From positions 1,597,306-1,661,305 of the forward strand of contig CBDBOV010000006.1 in assembly GCA_965208575.1 (NCBI GenBank): 64,000 bases of DNA. Direction: 5' to 3'. Positions 19,318-27,026 of this stretch are shown piece after piece. The notes beneath the pieces were generated by a model. It ran no database searches. It was not told the origin of the DNA and saw only the letters and a program-made list of their open reading frames with translations. The position numbers and the translations under genes are program-made. Within the stretch, counting starts at the first letter, position 1; each line of letters begins with the position of its first letter. The stretch comes from Spirochaetia bacterium (GTDB lineage: Bacteria > Spirochaetota > Spirochaetia > SZUA-6 > Bin103).

Positions 19318-20096
19318 AGGCCGGTGGCGACGTCGATGAGGGTGGTTTCCACGCCCAGGTCGCCGGCCAGCCGCCTGGCCACCGAGCGCACGCCGAACAC
19401 CTCCGACAGGTAGTGGCCGCCGGATACCACGTGGATGCCCGCCTCCAGCGCGGCGTGGTAGTTTTCGTGCGACGCGTCGCCGGTCACGAACAGGTCCGCG
19501 CCGGCTTCGATCGCGGCGGCGAGTTCGCGGTTGCCGCCGCCGGAGACCAGCGCCACCCGCGCGATGCGTTCCGGGCCGAACGGCAGCACCGCCAGGCAGT
19601 TGTGCTCGCCGCCGAACAGCCGGTCCGCCACTTCCGCCAGCGACAGCGGATTCGGCAGCCGGCCCTGGATGCCGATCGCCACGCCGCGGTATTCGCCGAA
19701 CGGCGCCCGCCCGGCCAGGTCGAGCGCGTCCGCCAGGCCGGCGTTGTTGCCCAGCGTGGGGTGGCAGTCGAGCGGCAGGTGCAGGGCGTACAGCGCCAGG
19801 TCGTGCTCCAGCAGCGAGCGGACGCGCGCCAGGTGGGTGCCGGTGAGCGCCAGCGGGCGTCCCCAGAACAGGCCGTGGTGCACGAACAGCAGGTCGGCGT
19901 CCCAGTCGGCGGCGCGCTCGATGGTCTCCTGGCAGGCGTCCACCGCAAACGCGATGCGCGCCACGGTGGCGCCGGTGCGGCCCACCTGCAGCCCGTTCAT
20001 CGCTACGTCCACTCGCGCCGCCTGCGCCCCCGCCGGGTTCTCCGGCCCCGCCACCAGCAGCCGGTGGGCGATCTGTACGAACTCCTCCAACAACAC
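19314..20096 (-). CDS. Nif3-like dinuclear metal centre hexameric protein
   Basis: NGLQVG, FVHHGLFW, HLPLDCHPTLGNN, FVTGD, GGHYLSE. Confidence 0.92.
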   Translation of the reverse strand: MLLEEFVQIAHRLLVAGPENPAGAQAARVDVAMNGLQVGRTGATVARIAFAVDACQETIERAADWDADLLFVHHGLFWGRPLALTGTHLARVRSLLEHDLALYALHLPLDCHPTLGNNAGLADALDLAGRAPFGEYRGVAIGIQGRLPNPLSLAEVADRLFGGEHNCLAVLPFGPERIARVALVSGGGNRELAAAIEAGADLFVTGDASHENYHAALEAGIHVVSGGHYLSEVFGVRSVARRLAGDLGVETTLIDVATGL

Positions 20097-20255
20097 GGCT
20101 CCCCCTCAGTATAACCCAAGCGCACGCGCCGCAGGTTCCCATAGGTTCCCATAGGGTGAGGGTTGAAGTGTGTAGTCATCTTTGACAACTTATCGTGTGA
20201 CACCGGGACGAGACCGTCTCGTACTTGTCGGCCTTCTGCCGGAGGGTTACCATCG

Positions 20256-20753
20256 GTGCCCGTGAGTGACGGAGTCACAGCGCTGTTGGGCGTAGCGGGC
20301 GCGGTGGCGGCGATGTTGGCCGTACTGGTGCCGGTCATTCGCGCGCAGGGCGCGAGTCTGCGGCGCGAGATAGCAGCGCTACAGCACGCCCTGGATGCGC
20401 AGGGAGAGGCTTTTCGGCGCGCTCTGGATGCGCAGGGAGAGACGTTTCGGCGCGCTCTGGATGCGCAGGGAGAGACGTTTCGGCGTGCCCTGGATGAGCA
20501 GGGAGAGACGTTTCGGCGTGCCCTGGATGAGCAGGGCGCAAGTCTGAGGCGGGAGATCGACTCGCTACGGCGGGAGGTCGACGCGTTGCGCGTCGAAATG
20601 GGCGAGTTGCGTGCCGACGTCGCCGAGTTGCGCAGAGACGTGCATGCCCTGAGTGATCGAGTGGCGCGTGTCGAGGGCGCTCTGACCGGCCCATGGCGCC
20701 CCACCAACGGCACGCCGGCGCCCAGCACACCTCCAAAGGAGACCGACAAGTAG
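20256..20753 (+). CDS. Small membrane-anchored coiled-coil repeat protein
   Basis: GGAGGG RBS at 20241; N-terminal TM helix; (ALDAQGETFRR)n; heptad tail LRADVAELRRDVHALSDRVARVEG. Confidence 0.75.
   Translation: MPVSDGVTALLGVAGAVAAMLAVLVPVIRAQGASLRREIAALQHALDAQGEAFRRALDAQGETFRRALDAQGETFRRALDEQGETFRRALDEQGASLRREIDSLRREVDALRVEMGELRADVAELRRDVHALSDRVARVEGALTGPWRPTNGTPAPSTPPKETDK
20388..20537 (+). repeat. 33-bp intragenic tandem repeat, about 4.5 copies
   Basis: GC(C/T)CTGGATG(C/A)GCAGGGAGAGACGTTTCGGCG(C/T) units at 20388, 20421, 20454, 20487, partial 20520 (first unit has GCT in place of ACG). Confidence 0.93.
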
Positions 20754-20835
20754 CTCGCCCGGCCTTCCGCTGCATCGGCTGCTGCCAAGGTTGCGGGACA
20801 AACGCGGCGGGGGGCTGCCTCGCCGAGGAGGGTTG

Positions 20836-22146
20836 TTACAGGTCCAGGGTGCCGGTGGGGGTGAAGGGGAGGGGGCGGGCGGGGCCGGTGACGGCGGCGC
20901 CTGCGCGGGCGGCGACCTCGGCGGCCATGTTGGCGGATACCTGCAGGCGGTCGAGGGACAGGGTGTCGCGGACCCAGGCCAGGCGGACCGCGGCGGGGTC
21001 GGGGATGGTGGCGGTGCGGATGGCGGCCTGGATGGCGAGCCGGTCGTCCGGCATCACCATCGGGATCTTGACCGCCGCGGTGGCGGTGGAGGTGAGCGCG
21101 TTGGGGTAGGTCTCGGCGAACGAGAACTTGGCGAACAGTCGCTCGGTGGTGACGTCGACCACGCCGATGCCGTTGACGTTGCCGCCGGTGAGCGGGGTAG
21201 TGTCCAGCGCCACGATGCGGGTGATGTCGGGCCCGCCGCTGGCGTACGGCGTGGTGTAGCGGCCGACCACGTTGCAGTCCAGGCCGGTGCCACTGATCTC
21301 CTTGCCGACCCGGCCCAGCACCAGCACGTCCAGTTGGTCGAACGGCAGCCGCGGGTAGCGGTCCCAGGCCAGCTTGAGGAGCGCCGGCTCCCGGTCGGGA
21401 ATCGTGGCCGCGGGCACCAGTTCGACGTGGTGGGTCTGGTGGCGGGCGTTCTCCACCACCGCCAGGCCGCCGGCGACGTTGCCGCGCGCAAGCACCGCCT
21501 TGCCGACGGCGGCAATGCGGTCGGCCAACTGGCCGAAGCCGCGCGTATGGCAGGTCTCGGCGCCCTTCTGCTTGCCCAGGCCGATGGCCAGCATCTTGAT
21601 CAGCCCGCTCTCGTAGCGTCCGCGAAACGAACTGTGCGGCTTGACCCGGCCCAGGATGAGGGTGGCGTCGGCCGCCGCCGCCAGCTTGTCGCTGAACGCC
21701 GGCAGCCCCGGTGCCGCCTCGCCGAGCCCCACCACCTCCATCGACGCGCGGATCGGTGCGCCGACCGCCGCCTCGGTCACCCCCATCTTGGCCAGCAGTT
21801 GGGTCTGGCCATCCGCGGTGGCGCCGCCGTGGCTGCCCATCGCCGGCACCACGAACGGCTGCGCCCCGAGCCGGCGCACCGCCGCCGCCAGCAGCCGCAC
21901 CAGTTCCGGCAGGTTGGCGAGGCCGCGGCTGCCCACCGCCAGCGCCACCCGGCGGCCGGGCCGCACCATGCCGGCCAGGCCGCCGTCGGCCAGTGCCGCT
22001 TCCACCGCCGCCGCCAGGTCGTGGATCGGACTGGCGGCGAAGCGCTGCTCCACCGGCACCACTTCGGGCAGCGGCACCCCGGCGAGGATGCGCTCGATCG
22101 CGGCGCCCGGCGGCGTAGCGGGGGTGGCGGGCGCTGCTGCCTTCAT
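20836..22146 (-). CDS. LarA-like / DUF2088-DUF362 lactate racemase-domain protein
   Basis: ALAVGSRG, VPAMGSHGGAT, RVKPHSSFRGRYESGLIKM, GKEISGTGLDCNVVGR. Confidence 0.75.
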   Translation of the reverse strand: MKAAAPATPATPPGAAIERILAGVPLPEVVPVEQRFAASPIHDLAAAVEAALADGGLAGMVRPGRRVALAVGSRGLANLPELVRLLAAAVRRLGAQPFVVPAMGSHGGATADGQTQLLAKMGVTEAAVGAPIRASMEVVGLGEAAPGLPAFSDKLAAAADATLILGRVKPHSSFRGRYESGLIKMLAIGLGKQKGAETCHTRGFGQLADRIAAVGKAVLARGNVAGGLAVVENARHQTHHVELVPAATIPDREPALLKLAWDRYPRLPFDQLDVLVLGRVGKEISGTGLDCNVVGRYTTPYASGGPDITRIVALDTTPLTGGNVNGIGVVDVTTERLFAKFSFAETYPNALTSTATAAVKIPMVMPDDRLAIQAAIRTATIPDPAAVRLAWVRDTLSLDRLQVSANMAAEVAARAGAAVTGPARPLPFTPTGTLDL

Positions 22147-22240
22147 GCCGGTGGCTCCGCTGTGCGCGGTGCTTCGCCCACGCCTGCCGAGAGCCGCGGC
22201 GGGCCGCCGGCCGGCTGGTGCCGGTCCCGCGCGCGGACGT

Positions 22241-24421
22241 TCACTGCCACGTGCGCCTCCCCACCGCCACCGCGGCGTCGGCTATCTGGTCGTCGCTGAC
22301 CAGCGCGGCCAACTCCAGCGCGCGCGACACCGGGGTGGAGATGTCCAGCGAGGTGAGCACCGCGACCGGGGCGTCCAGGTGGTCGAAGAAGCGGCTCTGC
22401 ACCTGCTCGGCCACGGTCGCCGCGATGCCGTGGCTGCGCGCCGCCTCTTCCACGATCAGCACGGCGCCGGTCCTGGCCAGCGACGCGCCCACGGTGGTGT
22501 AGTCCAGGTCGACGTGGTCCAGGGTCTTCAGGTCGATGACGTCGGCGCTCACGCCCTGTTCGCGCAACCGCTCCGTCAGGCCCCGGCAGCGCCCCACCAG
22601 GTGGCCGTAGGTGACGATGGTGAGGTCGTCGCCCTGCGCAACCACCTCCGCCTGTCCGAATGGCAGGCAGTAGCCCAGGTCGCCGTCGGGCACCGGGAAC
22701 GACTGCGTGTAGAGCGCGTTGTGCTCCAGCATCACCACCGGGTCGAGCGAGTGCATGGCGCTGTTGAACAGGCCGATGTAGTCCGCGCTGGTGGCCGGCG
22801 CCACGATGCGGAAGCCCGGGAACAGCCCGTACAGTCCCACCGGGTCCATCGAGTGCTGCGCGCCGTAGCCGAGGCCGGTGCCGATGCGGGTACGTATCAC
22901 CAGCGGCACGTCGGTGGTGTCGCCGTACATGTGGCGGCCCTTGCTGATCTGGTTGAACAACTGGTCGGCGGCCACCAGGGCGAAGTCGGCGAACATGATT
23001 TCCACCACCACGCGCATGCCGAGCTGGGCGGCGCCGAAGCCGAGCCCGGCGAAGCCGCCCTCGGAGATCGGCGTGTTGATGACCCGGTCCGGGAACCGCT
23101 CCGGCAGCCCCCTGGTGGCGCCGTAGGCGCCGCCGCCGAGGTTGGCCACCTCCTCGCCGAACACGATGGCGCGCGGGTCGCGCTCCAGCCAGCGGCCGGT
23201 GACCGCGGCGATGGCGTCAGCGTAGGTCAGCTCGCCGTTGGCCGCCAGGTCGCGCGGCGACACGAAGGTTATCCCCTGCCACTCGGAGCCGGCGCTGCGC
23301 ATGCCGTCGGCAGCCGTCTCCGCCCGCGGCCACAACTCGGCGCGCACCGCCCAGGCACCGCCCGCGTCCTTGACCGCGCAGGCGTCCATCGCCGCCCGCA
23401 CCGCCTGCTCGCCGGTGGTGCGGATGTGCGCTACCTGCTGCGCCGACAGGATGCCCGCCGCCTGCACGGCTTCCGGCAGCACGCGGGTCACCTCGCGGCC
23501 GGCGTATTCGGCTTCCTCGTCGCGGCTGCGGTAGCGGAACGCGCTGCCGGGCACGTCGCCGGCGTGGTGGAAGCGGCGGTAGCACTTGGCCTCGATCATC
23601 GCCGGGCGCCCGCCGCCGCGCAGGCCCTCCGCGACGTGGCGCACCAGCCGGTAGATCGCCACCGGGTCGCTGCCGTCGACGATGTAACCGTCCATGTCGT
23701 AGGCGGCGGCGCGCACCGACAGATCCTCCACCGCCGACGCCTCGCGCACGCTCGTGGCGACCGCGTACCCGTTGTTCTCGACGAAGCAGATCAGCGGCAG
23801 CTTCCACAACCCGGCCATGTTCAGCGCCTCGTGCAGGGCGCCCTGGTGCAGCGCGCCGTCGCCCACGAAGCCCACCACCACGCTGTCGCTGCCGGCCTGC
23901 TTCTCGGCGTACGCCGCTCCCGCCGCCAGCGGCAGCCCGCCGGCAACGATGGCGTTGGCGCCAAGAAACCCCGCCTGTGCGTAGCGCAGGTGCATCGACC
24001 CGCCGCGCCCGCCGCAGTAGCCGGGCGCCAGCCCCATGATCTCCGCCATGGTGCGCCGCACCACCTGCAGCCCCGCCTCCGGCAGTTCCTCCGCCGCCGG
24101 GTTCCAGTCCGCCGGCAACTCGTACTGCAGCGCCTTGGCCAGGAACTGGTGATGGGAGCGGTAGGTGGCGGCGAACTTGTCGGCCGGGCGCAGCGCCGCC
24201 ACCACGCCGGCGGCGGTTGCCTCCTGGCCGACGCTGGTGTGCACCGGCCCCCACACCGCGTCGCTGCCCTTCAGCTCCAGCAGCGCCAGCTCGAAGCGGT
24301 TGATCAGCAGCGCGTCGAACAGCATGCGCGCCGCGACTCCCTCCGGCAGGGCCGCCAGGTCGCCCTCCTCGGAGCGCCAGCGCTGCCAGGTGAACGTGGG
24401 ACGAAGTTCCTCTTGCCGCAT
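22241..24421 (-). CDS. Fused E1 alpha/beta TPP-dependent 2-oxoacid/acetoin dehydrogenase
   Basis: HTSVGQEA, GRGGSMH, GDGALHQG..HEALN (TPP motif), TPISEGG, GAQHS. Confidence 0.9.
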   Translation of the reverse strand: MRQEELRPTFTWQRWRSEEGDLAALPEGVAARMLFDALLINRFELALLELKGSDAVWGPVHTSVGQEATAAGVVAALRPADKFAATYRSHHQFLAKALQYELPADWNPAAEELPEAGLQVVRRTMAEIMGLAPGYCGGRGGSMHLRYAQAGFLGANAIVAGGLPLAAGAAYAEKQAGSDSVVVGFVGDGALHQGALHEALNMAGLWKLPLICFVENNGYAVATSVREASAVEDLSVRAAAYDMDGYIVDGSDPVAIYRLVRHVAEGLRGGGRPAMIEAKCYRRFHHAGDVPGSAFRYRSRDEEAEYAGREVTRVLPEAVQAAGILSAQQVAHIRTTGEQAVRAAMDACAVKDAGGAWAVRAELWPRAETAADGMRSAGSEWQGITFVSPRDLAANGELTYADAIAAVTGRWLERDPRAIVFGEEVANLGGGAYGATRGLPERFPDRVINTPISEGGFAGLGFGAAQLGMRVVVEIMFADFALVAADQLFNQISKGRHMYGDTTDVPLVIRTRIGTGLGYGAQHSMDPVGLYGLFPGFRIVAPATSADYIGLFNSAMHSLDPVVMLEHNALYTQSFPVPDGDLGYCLPFGQAEVVAQGDDLTIVTYGHLVGRCRGLTERLREQGVSADVIDLKTLDHVDLDYTTVGASLARTGAVLIVEEAARSHGIAATVAEQVQSRFFDHLDAPVAVLTSLDISTPVSRALELAALVSDDQIADAAVAVGRRTWQ

Positions 24422-24438
24422 CGCGTGCTCCCGTCCCC

Positions 24439-25203
24439 CTAGTCCATGTGAAAGCCGCCGTTGACGTCGATGATCTCGCCGGTGATGTAGGCGGCGCGAT
24501 CGGACGCCAGGAAGGCCACCGCGTCGGCCACGTCCTCGGCGGTACCGTAACGCCCGAACGGTATGTTGGCGGCGAAGTCGGCGTTCACCTCCTCACCCCA
24601 GGCGCGCGTCAGGTCGGTGTCGATCGGCCCCGGCGCCACCGCGTTCACGTTCACGCCGTGGGCGGCGCCGGCCAGCGCCAGCGACTTGGTCAGGGTGATG
24701 ATGCCCGCCTTGGAAGCGGAGTAGTCGGCGGGCGCCGCGACGCCGCCGATCTTGGCCGACATCGACGAGATGCTGACGATCTTGCCGTGCCCCTGGCGGC
24801 ACATCGCGCGCAGCGCCTCGCGGCTGGCCAGGAAGGTGCCGCGCAGGTTGATCGCCATGGTGCGGTCCCACTGCTCGGCGCTCAGCTCCAGAATCGGGCA
24901 CAGCGTGATCACACCGGCGTTGTTGACCAGGATGTCGATGCCGCCGTGGTCGCGCACCGTGGCGCCGATCAACTCCACGATCTGCTCTTCGCTCGCCACG
25001 TCGGTCTGCCGGGCGTGGCCGCGCCGTCCGAGGGCCGCCACCCGCTCGGCGGTGGCGCGCGCCGCGTCCGCATCGATGTCGCTCGGCACCACGTCGGCGC
25101 CGTCGCGCGCCAACGCCAGGCAGATCGCCCGCCCGATGCCGCGCCCGGCGCCGGTGACCACCGCCACCGGCGCTCCGCCGGCACGCTTCCGTTCGCTGCT
25201 CAC
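24439..25203 (-). CDS. SDR family oxidoreductase (FabG-like)
   Basis: TGAGRGIG, NNAG, YSASK, VAPGPIDT. Confidence 0.92.
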   Translation of the reverse strand: MSSERKRAGGAPVAVVTGAGRGIGRAICLALARDGADVVPSDIDADAARATAERVAALGRRGHARQTDVASEEQIVELIGATVRDHGGIDILVNNAGVITLCPILELSAEQWDRTMAINLRGTFLASREALRAMCRQGHGKIVSISSMSAKIGGVAAPADYSASKAGIITLTKSLALAGAAHGVNVNAVAPGPIDTDLTRAWGEEVNADFAANIPFGRYGTAEDVADAVAFLASDRAAYITGEIIDVNGGFHMD

Positions 25204-25257
25204 CTGTCTCTCACCACTCCTTTGTCAGCCTCGCCGGCGCGATGCCGCGCACCGCGT

Positions 25258-25707
25258 TCAGCGCAGCGAGTCCGCAACCTCCCGCAACTCCACCACCTCG
25301 CCGTCGGGGCCGCGAAAGTACACCACCCACGCCCCGGACCGAAACTCCACCGGGGCGCCGAGGAAGCTCACCCCGGCGGCGCGCAGCCGCGCCGTCTCGC
25401 CGTGGATGTCCTTCACCCGCAGGCCGAAGTGGATGTAGCCGTGATCGGCCTGCGACCGCCGCGCGGCCCCGGCCCGCCCCTCCGGCACGCGGTACTGAAA
25501 CAACTCGAGCATGAACTCGCCGAGGTACAGGTGCGCGATGTCGGCCGCGGCGCCCGCCACCCCGATCACCTTGCCGAGCGGCAGGCCCGGGTCGGCCGGC
25601 AGCCGGCGCCGCACCTCGAACCCGAACAGACCGGTATAGAACCGGATCGACCGCGCCATGTCGGCCACGCTCAGGGCCACGTGATCGGCACCGAGAATCA
25701 TCGGCAA
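25258..25707 (-). CDS. VOC/glyoxalase family protein
   Basis: DHVALSVAD, LELFQY, HFGLRV, YFRGPDGEVVEL. Confidence 0.88.
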   Translation of the reverse strand: MPMILGADHVALSVADMARSIRFYTGLFGFEVRRRLPADPGLPLGKVIGVAGAAADIAHLYLGEFMLELFQYRVPEGRAGAARRSQADHGYIHFGLRVKDIHGETARLRAAGVSFLGAPVEFRSGAWVVYFRGPDGEVVELREVADSLR

Positions 25708-25954
25708 TCACCGGGTGTCGCCATGCGCCGATGGTAGCCATTGTGGCGCCGGCGCTACAACGCACAAGTGTGTATTTGCCCCCGGTCAATGTCGATACGG
25801 CCGGCAAGGCAACGCGCCGGGACCTACCCAACCACGGGCGTGGAGTGTTACGTTCACCCCCGGCGGCGCCGCGGTCGGCCGCCGTCCCCCGAATCATGAC
25901 GTTGCGCAACCTCCCCCGTCCTCAGTTCCTGGACCGCCGCCGGCGTAAGGCGGT

Positions 25955-26974
25955 GTGTGGATGATGCGGCCCCTGCGCCGGCTGCCGGCCGCGGCGGTGC
26001 GCGGCGCGGCCGTAGCCGCGGTCGCGGTGCTCGCCGGCTGCTTCCTGCTGCCCCGGGAGGAGGAGATACTGGCGCCGCCGCTGCTGGCCACGCCGGAGAT
26101 CGAGTACCGCGTCATCACCGCCACGCCCGGCGTGATCGAAGACCGGGTGACGGTCGGCGGCGTATTCATCTATCCGAGCCAGTACTCGCTCAAGTTCCGC
26201 TTCCGCAGCGGTCCGCTGCGCGCCATCTACGTGGGCTACGGCGACGACGTGGAGCCGGGCCAACTGGTCGCCGACCTGGACACCGGCAGCCTGGAGCTGG
26301 AAGTGCGCCGCCAGGAGATCCGCGTGCGCAAGGCGGAGCTGGCCGCCGAACTGGCCGCGGCCCGCGATGCCGACCGCTTCGCGCGCGAGAACGCCGACCT
26401 GGACATCGAACTGGAGCAGTTGCGCCTGCAGCAGCTCCGCGAGGAACTGCGCAAGTCGCGCCTGGTGGCGCCGGTGGCCGGCGAGGTGGTGTACATCGCC
26501 CCGCTCGGCGAGGGCGAACCGGTGGAGCCGTTCCGTACCGTGGTGCAGATCGCCGATCCGACCGAGACGCTGCTCAGCTACAACGGCCCCAAGCGATCCG
26601 AGTTTGCCCTCGGCGCCGAGGTGAGCGTGGACATCCGCGGCGACAAGTTCCGCGGCGAGGTGGTGATGACGCCGCTCAACGTGCCGCGCGATGCGCCGGA
26701 CGAGATGCGCGAACTGATCCTGATTCGCGTCGACGACCTGCCGGAGGAAGTGGAGAAGGGCGACACCGCCTCGGTGGTGCTGATCCGGGCGCGCCGCGAG
26801 GACGTCATCGTGCTGCCGCGCAACCTGGTGCAGACCTACCTGGGGCGGCGCTTCGTGTACGTGCTCAAGGACGGTCTGCGGGAAGAGCGCAACGTCGAGA
26901 TCGGCATCCAGACCCCCACCCAGGTCGAGGTGGCGGGCGGACTGGAGTTGGGTGAAGAGGTGGTCGTACGCTAA
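25955..26974 (+). CDS. Efflux periplasmic adaptor (MFP) lipoprotein
   Basis: Lipobox LAGC; lipoyl-like halves around a coiled coil (GDDVEPGQLVA..LVAPVAGEV); GLELGEEVV. Confidence 0.85.
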   Translation: MWMMRPLRRLPAAAVRGAAVAAVAVLAGCFLLPREEEILAPPLLATPEIEYRVITATPGVIEDRVTVGGVFIYPSQYSLKFRFRSGPLRAIYVGYGDDVEPGQLVADLDTGSLELEVRRQEIRVRKAELAAELAAARDADRFARENADLDIELEQLRLQQLREELRKSRLVAPVAGEVVYIAPLGEGEPVEPFRTVVQIADPTETLLSYNGPKRSEFALGAEVSVDIRGDKFRGEVVMTPLNVPRDAPDEMRELILIRVDDLPEEVEKGDTASVVLIRARREDVIVLPRNLVQTYLGRRFVYVLKDGLREERNVEIGIQTPTQVEVAGGLELGEEVVVR

Positions 26975-27026
26975 CGCCCCGAACCTGCCGCCTTCGGCGC
27001 CACGTCCGGCCGAGCCGGCCTGCACC

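Noticed and set aside
20388-20537. Possible CRISPR array (33-bp repeats)
   Set aside because: No spacers; the repeats are in-frame coding units of a coiled-coil protein
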